Shown: piece by piece, positions 47,221-56,863 of the stretch
How positions within the stretch are numbered: the stretch's first letter is position 1
Layout of the letters: every line of letters starts with the position of its first letter
NCBI GenBank assembly: GCA_902627615.1
Contig: CACOJW010000006.1
Span: 31,204-95,203, forward strand
DNA length: 64,000 bases
Reading direction: 5' to 3'
DNA from: an uncultured marine group III euryarchaeote
GTDB taxonomy: Archaea; Thermoplasmatota; Poseidoniia; MGIII; CG-Epi1
Program-made: the position numbers and the translations under genes
The notes under the pieces: model-generated
Database searches by the model: none
The model's input: only the letters and a program-made list of their open reading frames with translations
What the model was told of the DNA's origin: nothing

Positions 47221-47955
47221 ATGCAGAAATTATTGGTCATTACAGTTATGATGGCTTTTGCTACGCCAGGATGTCTTGATGGTTTCAAGGAAAGTTTCGT
47301 ATCTTGTGATAACATCACAGGTGAATGCAAATATGAGATTTTGAGAGGGAATGAATACTCAAGATTGCACATTGAAGTTAATTATGTTACAGGAAATGCT
47401 CCTGATTCCGACGCGTTGAACTTGCTTAAACAAAGAATCAAAGAAGTTACAGACAAATCGACAGTTACGGTTAGTCAAAGTAGCTTTGGAAGCACAGATA
47501 ATAGTTATACTTTAGAAGAAATTGTAGATTTAGAGGCTAGTGAAAGAACTGAATTCAAAGGCGGAAATACTTTTGTTGTGCACATATTATATCTTAATGG
47601 AGAGTTTAGTGACAACAGCCAAGCGCTTGGCATAGCTTATTCAGGTACTTCTTTTGTAATGTTCAAGGAAAAGATAGAGGATGCATCTTTTTTACTTATT
47701 TCATCTAAAGACATTGAAAAAGCAGTGATTGTCCATGAATTTGGTCATTTGCTAGGTCTTGTAAATAAGGGATATCAATCACCTCATGATCATGAGGATC
47801 CAGATCATCCTCATCATTCGAATAATGAAGAGTCTGTTATGTATTGGGCGATAGAAAGTCAGGATATAGGCAATCAGTTAGATGGCCAACCACCTAATAA
47901 TTTTGATGAATATGATCTTGATGATCTAAGTTTACTCAAGCAAGGTAAATTGTAG
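47221..47955 (+). CDS. Secreted or lipoprotein-like zinc metalloprotease (HExxH)
   Basis: N-terminal signal with lipobox-like ATPGC. VHEFGHLLGL, then a His/Asp-rich segment. Confidence 0.6.
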   Translation: MQKLLVITVMMAFATPGCLDGFKESFVSCDNITGECKYEILRGNEYSRLHIEVNYVTGNAPDSDALNLLKQRIKEVTDKSTVTVSQSSFGSTDNSYTLEEIVDLEASERTEFKGGNTFVVHILYLNGEFSDNSQALGIAYSGTSFVMFKEKIEDASFLLISSKDIEKAVIVHEFGHLLGLVNKGYQSPHDHEDPDHPHHSNNEESVMYWAIESQDIGNQLDGQPPNNFDEYDLDDLSLLKQGKL

Positions 47956-48084
47956 TTAAAGTTTCATTTTGCGTATTCTTTTCTTGATTACTCTTTTTTT
48001 GTGAGGTCTAGGACTTTGATCGAATTTTATCCATCCTGTCCCTTTTTGCGTGCACTTTGGTTCTTCAGAATAGTCTGCGGCCAT
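47956..48084 (-). CDS. Candidate 42-aa protein with a strongly basic C-terminus (not in the ORF track)
   Basis: MAADYSEEPKCTQKGTGWIKFDQSPRPHKKRVIKKRIRKMKL. The minus strand reads CTATATAAA at 48118-48110, about 26-30 nt upstream of the ATG, the same geometry as other genes here. Confidence 0.4.
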   Translation of the reverse strand: MAADYSEEPKCTQKGTGWIKFDQSPRPHKKRVIKKRIRKMKL

Positions 48085-48138
48085 TATGTGCGCCGCGGAG
48101 CGAGACTGATTTATATAGGTATCTTCGGTAAAATTGTT

Positions 48139-48434
48139 GTCAGGTGATGGGAGTAAGCCCCTTTCTGTTAACCATAAATGGTTGGCGACATTTAGCTACG
48201 CTTCCTACCTACCGCTCCCGAGCAGGTCGCTGCGGTTACTTGGAATTGCTCCAGCAGGGATGTTCGTTTCACCAAATACTCCATCGACGTCACGTCCTAG
48301 ACGATCATTCCATAAGATGGGTCTGTGTCGTTTCTGTTTCAGTGCCGACCCTCTCGGGCCCCTTGCGGCTGCTTTGCTCATGGAGAGGGGACTTTCCTCA
48401 GCCTAAGACCGTCGGTCGCCCTCCATCTCCTGAC
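48139..48434 (-). ncRNA. rnpB: RNase P RNA (archaeal type A)
   Basis: The reverse complement contains CR-I GAGGAAAGUCC, ACAGAAA twice, and AGAAAGGGGCUUAC. P4 pairing is AAGUCC/GGGCUU, P1 is GUCAGGAGAUGGAG/CUCCCAUCACCUGAC, and P2 is GGCGAC/GUCGCC. There is a local GC jump relative to the flanks. Confidence 0.9.
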
Positions 48435-48456
48435 TAGATCCTATTTTTCTGACTAG

Positions 48457-48465
48457 AATATATAG
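48457..48465 (-). promoter_or_regulatory. TATA-box candidate for the RNase P RNA
   Basis: The minus strand reads CTATATATT, centred ~27 nt upstream of the proposed RNA 5' end at 48434. Confidence 0.5.
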
Positions 48466-48512
48466 TTCACGGTTTGTGGTAAATCCTTATTTACAGGTTA
48501 TATTCGCAGCTA

Positions 48513-50228
48513 ATGTCTAATAAGGACAATGAAAACCATGATTTAGAGGAATCTAGTTTTCATAATAGTGTAGAGTATCAAAAAGCTTATGAAAAGTGGA
48601 AAGCAGAAATTTTAGGGCCTTCCTTAGAGAAAAATCCTGAAAGATTGAAAGAATTCATGACCACTTCGAGTCAGAAAGTTGGCCGGTTGTACACTCCTTT
48701 AGATACTGCACACATAGATTTTGATAGAGATATATCTTATCCTGGAGAATTTCCCTACACGAGAGGAATTCATTCAACGATGTATAGAGGTCGGTTGTGG
48801 ACAATGCGTATGTTTGCAGGTTTTGGTTCGGCGGAGGAGACTAATGCGCGTTTCAAGTATCTTTTGGAGCAAGGTCAAACAGGTCTTAGTACTGCTTTTG
48901 ATCTTCCAACACTTTATGGCTATGATAGTGATTCACCATTAGCAGCAGGAGAATTCGGCGAATGTGGTGTTGGAGTTAGTAGTTTAGAGGATATGTCAAT
49001 TTTGTTTAAAGATATACCTTTGGATAAAGTGACTACCTCAATGACAATAAATTCTCCAGCAGCTATGACTTGGGCTATGTACATCGCTAATGCAGAAAAT
49101 AGAGGGATTTCTAAGGCTAATTTAGGAGGAACTATACAAAATGATATTTTGAAAGAATATATTGCTCAAAAAGAATACATTTTCCCTCCTCTTCCATCAA
49201 TGAGGCTGGTTACAGATACAGTAGAATACGGAACTAAATATATGCCAAAGTGGAATACCATATCAATATCAGGATATCATATACGTGAGGCAGGTTCAAC
49301 AGCAGTTCAAGAATTAGCATTTACTTTAGCAGATGGATATGCATACGCAGATTGGGCTATTGAGCGTGGCTTGAAAATCGATGAATTTGCACCTCGTTTT
49401 AGCTTTTTCTTTAATTCTCATAACGATTTTTTCGAGGAGATTGCAAAGTATCGTGCAGCTAGAAGAATTTGGGCCAGAGATATGAAAGATAAATATGGCG
49501 CAAAAGATCCAAGAAGTTGGACTTTGAGATTTCATACGCAGACTGCAGGTTGTAGCCTTACAGCACAGCAACCAGAGATTAACATAGTTAGAGTTGCAAT
49601 CCAAGCAATGGCGGGAGTATTAGGAGGCACACAATCGCTTCATACAGATTCAATGGATGAAGCCTTGGCCTTACCCTCTGAAAAGGCGGTTCAGATTGCT
49701 CTCAGAACGCAGCAAGTCATAGCTCACGAATCCGGCGTTGCTAATGTTATTGATCCGTTGGGTGGAAGTTATTACCTAGAGTGGCTCACAGAAGACATGG
49801 AAAGACAAGCAAGAGATTATTTTGATAGGATTGATTCACTGGGTGGAGTAGTTCCAGCGATTGAGAAAGGTTTCTTTCAAAAAGAGATTGCGGCAGCAGC
49901 CTACAAGTATCAGCAGGAAATTGATAATAATGAGAGAGTGGTTGTAGGAGTTAACAAGTATACTTCAGACGAGGAAGTAGAGATACCCATATTAGAGATG
50001 GATCCAGAAGGTTTCGAACGCCAGTGTAAGCGATTGAATAATTTACGTAGATCCAGAGATAAGAGTAAGCATGCCTACGCATTGAGTGCGATAGAAAAGG
50101 CAGCTGAGGGAGAAGAAAATTTAATGCCTCATTTCATTGAAGCTGCTAAAGCTAAGGCTACTCTTGGAGAAATGTGTGATGTTCTCAGAGGAGTTTTTGG
50201 GGAGTATAGGGAAGGGTCAGATTTTTGA
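48513..50228 (+). CDS. Methylmalonyl-CoA mutase, large (catalytic, N-terminal) subunit
   Basis: [52 protein letters not shown]. No B12-binding domain, so this is the split archaeal form. Confidence 0.9.
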   Translation: MSNKDNENHDLEESSFHNSVEYQKAYEKWKAEILGPSLEKNPERLKEFMTTSSQKVGRLYTPLDTAHIDFDRDISYPGEFPYTRGIHSTMYRGRLWTMRMFAGFGSAEETNARFKYLLEQGQTGLSTAFDLPTLYGYDSDSPLAAGEFGECGVGVSSLEDMSILFKDIPLDKVTTSMTINSPAAMTWAMYIANAENRGISKANLGGTIQNDILKEYIAQKEYIFPPLPSMRLVTDTVEYGTKYMPKWNTISISGYHIREAGSTAVQELAFTLADGYAYADWAIERGLKIDEFAPRFSFFFNSHNDFFEEIAKYRAARRIWARDMKDKYGAKDPRSWTLRFHTQTAGCSLTAQQPEINIVRVAIQAMAGVLGGTQSLHTDSMDEALALPSEKAVQIALRTQQVIAHESGVANVIDPLGGSYYLEWLTEDMERQARDYFDRIDSLGGVVPAIEKGFFQKEIAAAAYKYQQEIDNNERVVVGVNKYTSDEEVEIPILEMDPEGFERQCKRLNNLRRSRDKSKHAYALSAIEKAAEGEENLMPHFIEAAKAKATLGEMCDVLRGVFGEYREGSDF

Positions 50229-50235
50229 GGTTATT

Positions 50236-50796
50236 TTGTCATATCACATAATAGGCTTAACAGGCAGAAATGCGGCAGGTAAAGGGACGGTAGCTTCTTT
50301 TCTAAAAAAATCGTCATTCGTTTATCATTCTCTTTCTGATACTTTACGTAAAGAGCTAAAAAGAAGAAATCTTGAAGAAAGTCGTGAAAATTTAATACAA
50401 ACTGGTAATGACCTCAGAGAGCAAGGAGGTCCGGGAGTTTTAGCAGATTTAATGATTGATAGTCTTTTGTCTTCAGAAAATCATATTGTTGATTCAATAC
50501 GTAATCCTTTTGAGGTAAAATCACTTAGAAGAGTTTACCCAAATCACAAATTTGTGTTAATTTCTGTGGATGCTAGCCCTGAAATTAGATATGAACGATT
50601 AAGATTAAGAAATAGATTAGGCGATAGTTCTTCTTGGGAAATTTTTTTAGAGCAAGAAAAATTAGAAGAATCTAGTAAAGATCCAAATAAACAGCAATTA
50701 TTGGCCACAATTGGCGAGGCTGACTTTAATGTAGATAATAGTGGAAGTATTGAAGAATTGGAAAATCAAATTATGCTTATTCTCAAAAAATTATAG
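50236..50796 (+). CDS. P-loop nucleotide kinase of the archaeal UPF0200 / dephospho-CoA-kinase-like type
   Basis: IIGLTGRNAAGKGT P-loop, DSIRNPFEVKSLRR, and ISVDASPEIRYERLRLRNR. I prefer TTG at 50236 to the track ATG at 50137, which overlaps the mutase by 92 nt. Confidence 0.6.
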   Translation: MSYHIIGLTGRNAAGKGTVASFLKKSSFVYHSLSDTLRKELKRRNLEESRENLIQTGNDLREQGGPGVLADLMIDSLLSSENHIVDSIRNPFEVKSLRRVYPNHKFVLISVDASPEIRYERLRLRNRLGDSSSWEIFLEQEKLEESSKDPNKQQLLATIGEADFNVDNSGSIEELENQIMLILKKL

Positions 50797-51510
50797 AGAT
50801 TCGTAGGTAACAGTTAAAAAGAACATAAATACAATAGGTAACAAGTGGAAAGCCATTCCGAATGCAACATTTATTGCCATCCATCGCCCAGCAAAATTAT
50901 TCGGCATTTCCATTACTTTATCTACTACAGTATTCGTAGTATCCCTTAATTTACCTGCAAAGAAACCAACAAATCTTGCAACTTTTTCATGTGGTAGAGC
51001 TTCTTTTCCGCGTTGTTCACTTCCTTTCAACCAGTCACCCATTTGTAGCATACGGTCTACCATTGGTCTGTACCTTCCAACGTCTACTTTTATCAATTTG
51101 ATAGCTAAATTTCGTGTGTCCCAGACTCTTCTCCAATCAAGATAGGTATGTCCTACAAAAAATATTACGATTGCAATTAGCTGCCAATCGGGCGTTTCTT
51201 CCCAGCCCGGAGGTCGCAGTGTTTTACCAAATACATTTACTACTCCATTCTCTGGTTCAAATATTACAAACCTCATTAAGGCAATAGTTGCAGGAACTAG
51301 TAATCCTACAGTAAATTTAGCAGCAATAGAATATCCTTTAGGTATTTCTTTCAGTCTTTCAAATAACCATCTTAAGTGGTGTCCATGAAGTTGTATTGCC
51401 TTTAAAGCAGGTTCTCCCAAGAATATCAATCTTTGTATAATTGGTATGAAAATAAGTATATGAAAATATAATTCCCATGGCGTATTCCACGTAAAATGGT
51501 CAGTTATCAT
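50791..51510 (-). CDS. Hypothetical membrane protein
   Basis: Several hydrophobic helices. ATG at 51510; the track gives TTG at 51549. No family recognised. Confidence 0.5.
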   Translation of the reverse strand: MITDHFTWNTPWELYFHILIFIPIIQRLIFLGEPALKAIQLHGHHLRWLFERLKEIPKGYSIAAKFTVGLLVPATIALMRFVIFEPENGVVNVFGKTLRPPGWEETPDWQLIAIVIFFVGHTYLDWRRVWDTRNLAIKLIKVDVGRYRPMVDRMLQMGDWLKGSEQRGKEALPHEKVARFVGFFAGKLRDTTNTVVDKVMEMPNNFAGRWMAINVAFGMAFHLLPIVFMFFLTVTYESL

Positions 51511-51562
51511 GGATTGTTGTTGACTAGAGGAGGGTGTTAAAAAAAGCAACTAATAGCGTATT

Positions 51563-51880
51563 GTGGCAAAAAGGCGAGGCCGTAGAACAAAAAATCAGGA
51601 AAGAATTGCAAAGGAGCGAATTGAATTATTGCTAGAACTAGCCCTAAAAAGTTCTAATGAAGACAACTCTGAACAATCGAGGAGATTTGTTGAGCTAGCT
51701 TTGTTGATAAGTAAAAGATACAATCAGCGGTTAACTAAATCTCAGAGGCTCAAAATCTGCAGAGACTGCAATAATTTCCTTACATCTAAAAATTCGAGGA
51801 ACAGGTTATCTCCAAAGGGATGGAAAATTATTACTTGTTTAGAATGCAGTTCAGTTTCAAGGCACGTCTTAGAAAATTAA
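51563..51880 (+). CDS. rnp4: RNase P protein component 4 (Rpp21/Rpr2 family)
   Basis: IAKERIELLLELA helix, basic N-terminus, and zinc ribbon CRDCNNFL...CLEC. GTG start. Confidence 0.8.
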   Translation: MAKRRGRRTKNQERIAKERIELLLELALKSSNEDNSEQSRRFVELALLISKRYNQRLTKSQRLKICRDCNNFLTSKNSRNRLSPKGWKIITCLECSSVSRHVLEN

Positions 51881-51881
51881 T

Positions 51882-52343
51882 TTAGTTAGAATCTAATGTT
51901 TTTTGTTCCAGTTCTTTTCTATAGTCTTCTAGAGCGCTTGAGATTCTTTTGTCAGAAACACCCAATATTCTAGCAACCAAGAGTGCTGCATTTTCTCCCC
52001 GACCTATTCCCACACCACCAACAGGAACGCCAGGTGGCATCTGCACTACAGATAAGAGTGAATCTAAGTTAGCAGGGGAACTACTTGACGCGCATGGGAC
52101 GCCTATTACAGGTTTTAGGGTGTGTGCGGCGACAACTCCTGGAAGTGCAGCAGATAAACCAGCTAAAGCAATGAAAGCATCGGCATTTGATTCTTTAATA
52201 ATTTCAACAACTCTATCAGGAGTTCTGTGTGCTGATGCCACATATGTTTCATATGTAATGTTAAATTTTTCTAAAATTTTTTCAGCTTTTTGGGCAGTTG
52301 GACGGTCTGTAGCAGACCCCATGACAATGATTACTTGAGCCAT
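51882..52343 (-). CDS. purE: N5-carboxyaminoimidazole ribonucleotide mutase / AIR carboxylase catalytic subunit
   Basis: VIIVMGSATD, SAHRTPDR, and AGLSAALPGVVAAHTLKPVIGVP. Confidence 0.9.
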   Translation of the reverse strand: MAQVIIVMGSATDRPTAQKAEKILEKFNITYETYVASAHRTPDRVVEIIKESNADAFIALAGLSAALPGVVAAHTLKPVIGVPCASSSSPANLDSLLSVVQMPPGVPVGGVGIGRGENAALLVARILGVSDKRISSALEDYRKELEQKTLDSN

Positions 52344-52390
52344 ATCTTGTAGAGGAGGCCCATATATGAAATTCTGGTGTCATGTCATCC

Positions 52391-52398
52391 TTTAAGAA
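52391..52398 (+). promoter_or_regulatory. TATA-box candidate (TTTAAGAA) for tRNA-Arg
   Basis: Centred ~25 nt upstream of the tRNA 5' end at 52420. Confidence 0.45.
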
Positions 52399-52419
52399 TG
52401 GGCGTTAGTGCGTATTCGC

Positions 52420-52495
52420 GCCCGGATGGTGTAGCTTGGAATCACAGAAGCCTGCGGAGCTTCAAACCCGGGTTCGAATCCCGGTCTGGGCGCCA
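52420..52495 (+). tRNA. tRNA-Arg (anticodon GCG), CCA encoded
   Basis: Acceptor GCCCGGA/TCTGGGC, anticodon stem GAAGC/GCTTC, loop CTGCGGA, T-arm CCGGG-TTCGAAT-CCCGG, discriminator G, then CCA. Confidence 0.92.
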
Positions 52496-52526
52496 TATTC
52501 TTTTAATCCTTAGTTAGTGAGACATT

Positions 52527-55500
52527 GTGCCTCGTATCCCGTACTATTTGATAGCCGCACTTTTTTTGTTAACAGCTTTTAGTCCATTTGTTCAAACATC
52601 AGAAGATTCAAACAGCATACCTTTAGAGAATATTCATTTAGTTGATAAGAGATTGCAATTAGCTTTCAAGAATCCTGAAAACTCTGAGAGTCTAGGGTTG
52701 GCCCCAGCTCCAGAAGGTAAAATTAGTTTGTTTGCACAGGTAGAATCTTTAGGGGATGAGCACCACACTTATGTAGAAGATTTAGGGGGCGAAGTTACTT
52801 CTAGTTTTTCTAGATTTGATACATTTGGTTTTCTTTTGTCTATAGAAAAGGTACCAGAAGTAACACATTTACCAGGATTGATTTGGCTGGAGGCAGATGT
52901 TCTTTTTTATCCAAGTTTAGACAATAGTGTGGAAACTATAGGTACCGAAGTAATTTGGAATCAATTTGGATTCAAAGGCGAGGATACTACTATTGCAATT
53001 TTAGACACTGGTGTTGATTTTAACCATGAATCACTTGATGATTTAGATGATGACCCAAATACAAATGATCCTAAGATTGCAGTTGATTCTAATGGTATGC
53101 TAGGTTTTTACAATGCAAATACTGATCAAGAATATCCAGATGAGCAACCACATGATTCAGGTAGTCATGGAACACATTGTGCAGGAATTGCAGCAGGTAC
53201 TGGAGGTGCTAGTGGTACATATGCAGGAGTAGCACCTCAAGCCAATTTAGTTGGAGTCATAGCACTAGATGGTGGTTCTGGTGATGAAGGCGATTTATTG
53301 AGAGCTGTAGATTGGACTATAGAAAACAAAGACAGATTTTCAATAGATGTAATGTCTTTGTCTCTAGGAGGTCCAGTAGTTATTCCTGGAGCTACTAATA
53401 CAGGTTCTTCATCAATATCTCAAGCTCTTGATGTAGCCGTTGAAGCAGGAATTGTTACAGTAGTTGCAATAGGTAATGGTAATTTAGGGATTGCAGCCCA
53501 CCCTGGTTCAGCATCTTATCCTGGTGACAGCGAGAAAGCAATAACTGTAGGTTCAGTAAATGATGATCATAATAGAGAAATTTACTCATCGAGAGGTCCT
53601 ACAGGTGATGGGAGATTGAAACCGGATGTTATGGCACCTGGAGGTGCTATAATGTCTGCAAGAGCAGGTTCAGGTGACGGCTACGTATCATACTCAGGAA
53701 CTTCTATGGCTACACCTCATGTGTCAGGAGTTGTAGCGTTGATGCTTCAAGCAAATCCTAATGTTGCACCTACAGAAACAACAGATTACGTTAAGCAGAT
53801 ATTGAGAGAAACTAGTGATCATAAAGTTCCTCTAGATGTAGACTGCGGTGAATTGTTTACTCCTAATAATTGCTATGGATGGGGAACAGTCGAATTAATT
53901 GGGGCGGTATCTAGGGCTCAGAATTTACGATCTTCTGAATTGGATGGTGTATCTGGAATTCAGACAGAAACTAATGAGACTTTTAGTGCGTCCATGAAGC
54001 ATGTGCAGACCCAATACACAAATAGGGGAAAAGATGGAGGCAATATTCAAAATTATATAACTAATCAAAACAATCTTCCAGATGAAATTCGAATAGTTGC
54101 TAAGTATTCTAGTTCTTGGCCACAACCTTCGAAGATCTCAGCCGAATCAAATGAGGGAGATAGTGTTCAAGCAAGTGTAATTTTAAACGAAATAGCAGAG
54201 GTAGATAATCAATGGGTAATTGAAGCAAATTTCAATTATAGTTCTCAATTAAATGCCGGTACGATTGCGACGAATTACCCTGAGCTTCAATTCGATATTG
54301 AAGCTCCAAATTTGGCAGATACAATAGATGTTACGGTTGAATTCTTTTTAAATGATATGAGAGCCGATTCTAGGCAAATGACGGTTTCTTCATTCACAGA
54401 CCTTCCAGATTTATTTATTGAAGAATTAGTCTTACCATCTTCAATTTCAGCAGGTCAGGATATATCTCTAACAGCAAGAGTAGTTAATGAGGGTCCAGGA
54501 CCTGCAAAAAAATTTTCAGTTAATTTTTATAGTGATGATATAATTTTCCAAACAATATCTTCGAATTCACGCCTGAATCCAGATGAAGCTGTAAATATTC
54601 AATCTACGTGGCTTGCGTTGGAAGGCCAGCACGTAATTAAAGCTGAAATTGTGGACATAAGTCCACAAGATGAAGATAATTCAGACCATATTTTTCAAAC
54701 GGATGTAATAGTAGATGGTTTTGTAGATACTCAAATTCCGATGGTTTTCATAACGGAACCATATCGAAATGAAGTAGTTTCAGATTTAGTTGTTATCAAA
54801 GGTACAGCAAGTGACAACAATAATGTTGAGAAAGTAGAAGTCCGCATAGCTCCCAATGATTGGGAGTTAGCAAATGGTTTTGAAAATTGGGTATGGGCTT
54901 GGAATACAACTTTAGACCTTAACGGGCGTTATGCTATAGAAGCAAGAGCATTTGATGGTTATAATTACTCTGTAGTATCAAGGACTGAGGTTGAAGTTAC
55001 GAATGAAGGTGCAAATCGCAGACCAACAGCTTCTTTGGCTTCTAACTTCGACGAGCTCTACGTTAATGAAAAAATAGTTTTCAGTGGAAATGCATCTTCA
55101 GACGATTCTCAGATTGTAAAATATCAATTTAATTTTGGAGATTCTAAAGAAACAGACTGGATCGCTGAATCTTGGATCGAATATTACTACGAAGAGCCAG
55201 GAGATTACACGATCTCTTTACAGGTAGAGGACGATGAGGGTGTGAGGTCTTCATCACCTGATACTATATTTGTAAAAGTTGTAGACGTGCCTAAAAATAA
55301 TAATCCGGTGGCAGTTATTAGTTCACCCCAAACAGGAAGCACTTTTGACAGCAGTCAATCTATTCAATTTTCATCACAAGGTTCCTCAGATTCAGACGGC
55401 GACGATTTATTTTTTATTTGGTCTAGTAATGTTGACGGCGAACTCTTTACTACTTCCACTTTCTTTGTGGAGGTTCTTTTAACAGATGGAATACACTTGG

Positions 55501-55679
55501 TAACTCTCAGGGTACAAGATTCAAATGGAGGATATGATGAAGTTTCTGTCGAAGTTACAGTCTTATTGATTGCTTCTGAATCAATAAATAATAATCCTAT
55601 TCCTTCGTTGAGCGTACTTTTTGTTCTGTCTATAATTGTTCTTGTTAGTCTAATGAAGCGTAAAATTAATTACATCTGA
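52527..55679 (+). CDS. Secreted subtilisin-like (S8) serine protease with CARDB/PKD-like C-terminal domains and a C-terminal hydrophobic anchor
   Basis: Signal-like N-terminus. Catalytic triad AILDTGVD, HGTHCAGIAAG and SGTSMATPHVSG. Tail PIPSLSVLFVLSIIVLVSLMKRK. GTG start. Confidence 0.88.
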   Translation: MPRIPYYLIAALFLLTAFSPFVQTSEDSNSIPLENIHLVDKRLQLAFKNPENSESLGLAPAPEGKISLFAQVESLGDEHHTYVEDLGGEVTSSFSRFDTFGFLLSIEKVPEVTHLPGLIWLEADVLFYPSLDNSVETIGTEVIWNQFGFKGEDTTIAILDTGVDFNHESLDDLDDDPNTNDPKIAVDSNGMLGFYNANTDQEYPDEQPHDSGSHGTHCAGIAAGTGGASGTYAGVAPQANLVGVIALDGGSGDEGDLLRAVDWTIENKDRFSIDVMSLSLGGPVVIPGATNTGSSSISQALDVAVEAGIVTVVAIGNGNLGIAAHPGSASYPGDSEKAITVGSVNDDHNREIYSSRGPTGDGRLKPDVMAPGGAIMSARAGSGDGYVSYSGTSMATPHVSGVVALMLQANPNVAPTETTDYVKQILRETSDHKVPLDVDCGELFTPNNCYGWGTVELIGAVSRAQNLRSSELDGVSGIQTETNETFSASMKHVQTQYTNRGKDGGNIQNYITNQNNLPDEIRIVAKYSSSWPQPSKISAESNEGDSVQASVILNEIAEVDNQWVIEANFNYSSQLNAGTIATNYPELQFDIEAPNLADTIDVTVEFFLNDMRADSRQMTVSSFTDLPDLFIEELVLPSSISAGQDISLTARVVNEGPGPAKKFSVNFYSDDIIFQTISSNSRLNPDEAVNIQSTWLALEGQHVIKAEIVDISPQDEDNSDHIFQTDVIVDGFVDTQIPMVFITEPYRNEVVSDLVVIKGTASDNNNVEKVEVRIAPNDWELANGFENWVWAWNTTLDLNGRYAIEARAFDGYNYSVVSRTEVEVTNEGANRRPTASLASNFDELYVNEKIVFSGNASSDDSQIVKYQFNFGDSKETDWIAESWIEYYYEEPGDYTISLQVEDDEGVRSSSPDTIFVKVVDVPKNNNPVAVISSPQTGSTFDSSQSIQFSSQGSSDSDGDDLFFIWSSNVDGELFTTSTFFVEVLLTDGIHLVTLRVQDSNGGYDEVSVEVTVLLIASESINNNPIPSLSVLFVLSIIVLVSLMKRKINYI

Positions 55680-56086
55680 TAATCAGTTCCAGACCCATCG
55701 TATTCGACTCTTGAGACTTCGTTTTCCCAAAGAACTAGCTTTACTAGTTTTGAATTGAATCCTTCACTTTTACTTCCATTCCAAGAATTTTGGAATTCTT
55801 CGTATAATTTTTCCCAAATCCATTTTATCAAAACTTCGCTTGTTGGATTTTCAAGTCCTTCAATATCATTCAAATAATTATGGTCAATTTGGTTGTAAAT
55901 TGGCTTAATACCAGCCTCTATGTGGCCAAAATCAATAACAAATCCAGTTTCAGGATCCATTTCTCCTTCAACATGTATCTCTAATTTGAATGCTAGCCCA
56001 TATACATTACCACAAGGGTGACCTTCAGGCACTTTGGGGAGTTTTCTTGCAGATTCAAACCTAACTATTTGTACTAATTTATGCAT
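55670..56086 (-). CDS. QueD / 6-pyruvoyl-tetrahydropterin-synthase-fold protein lacking the three zinc-ligand histidines
   Basis: Close match to the family pattern (PEGHPCG, DPETGFVIDF, DHNYLNDIEGLENPTSEVLIKWIW). However, FESAR replaces FxAAH, and VYGLAF replaces the HGH-containing segment (LHGHSF in my recollection of E. coli QueD). Codons were checked at 56047-56045, 56002-56000 and 55996-55994. Confidence 0.8.
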   Translation of the reverse strand: MHKLVQIVRFESARKLPKVPEGHPCGNVYGLAFKLEIHVEGEMDPETGFVIDFGHIEAGIKPIYNQIDHNYLNDIEGLENPTSEVLIKWIWEKLYEEFQNSWNGSKSEGFNSKLVKLVLWENEVSRVEYDGSGTDYQM

Positions 56087-56863
56087 CTAAAGTTCGATAA
56101 CGTCACGTGGCTCAGGTATAATCCATCTTCTTTGTTTATATTTTTTCATAATCTCTTTTTTGTCTTTACGAAGATTTCGATTTAGATGTATTAGAGCCAT
56201 CTTTTTCGGTCTTGCCATATCATCTAATCTTTCTAATTGTTGTATAGAACAATGCGTTTTTGTTCCTATGTTGATGGTTTCACCCCGTGGATTTTGCACA
56301 GTTCCATCCATTGTATAGGCCTCGTGAACTAACAAATCAGAATTTGTATATAGTTTTGATGCAGTAGGCGTAAACATGCCATCTCCTGAGTAGCAGAAGA
56401 CTTTAGTTGGAGACCCTGCTTCCAATCTTAGACCAAGATTTTGCACAGAGTGCCTTGTGTTTACAACTCTTAGATTCCAATCATCCCAACGATGCGAACG
56501 TTGTAATTCTCTAAATCTTAGTGTAAAAGGTAAACCCGCAACCATTCCAGGATAGGCAACTTCCATTAATCTTTCAACATTTCTTTGTGTTCCTACAGGT
56601 CCAAATAGATAGAATGGTCTCGTTCTTCCGTCTTCCTCCATTCTTTTCATTAGTGCAGGTAAGCCAAATACGTGATCTGCATGGAAATGGGAGATAAATA
56701 TACCGTCAAGATAGTCAGGTCTTTTTGATTGGTGCCATACTGATGGCGGTGCAGTAGCTCCACAATCTACAAGCATTCTTCTACCAGCAGCTTCCACTAG
56801 TATACAGGTATGAGTGTAGTTATCATCAAATGCCTCTCCAACGCCTAGGAATGTAACCTTCAT
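56087..56863 (-). CDS. Metallo-beta-lactamase-fold hydrolase (RNase Z/ElaC-like HxHxDH)
   Basis: FLGVGEAF, DCG, and ISHFHADHVFGLPAL. Its stop directly abuts the ATG of the QueD-like gene. Confidence 0.75.
   Translation of the reverse strand: MKVTFLGVGEAFDDNYTHTCILVEAAGRRMLVDCGATAPPSVWHQSKRPDYLDGIFISHFHADHVFGLPALMKRMEEDGRTRPFYLFGPVGTQRNVERLMEVAYPGMVAGLPFTLRFRELQRSHRWDDWNLRVVNTRHSVQNLGLRLEAGSPTKVFCYSGDGMFTPTASKLYTNSDLLVHEAYTMDGTVQNPRGETINIGTKTHCSIQQLERLDDMARPKKMALIHLNRNLRKDKKEIMKKYKQRRWIIPEPRDVIEL

Noticed and set aside
48134-48437. Two overlapping + strand ORFs of 90 and 97 aa in the track
   Set aside because: They lie exactly on the RNase P RNA (minus strand). Their products are Arg/Pro/Leu/Ser/Cys-rich, unlike the rest of the proteome, and neither has a promoter or start context.
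50137-50235. The track start (ATG 50137) for the nucleotide-kinase gene
   Set aside because: It would overlap the mutase gene by 92 nt and add a 33-aa N-terminal extension ([22 protein letters not shown]...) before the P-loop. TTG at 50236 gives the usual short lead-in to IIGLTG. The start remains uncertain.
51949-52338. 129-aa + strand ORF
   Set aside because: It is antisense to a clearly conserved purE gene. Its product is a Pro/Thr/Ala-rich shadow.
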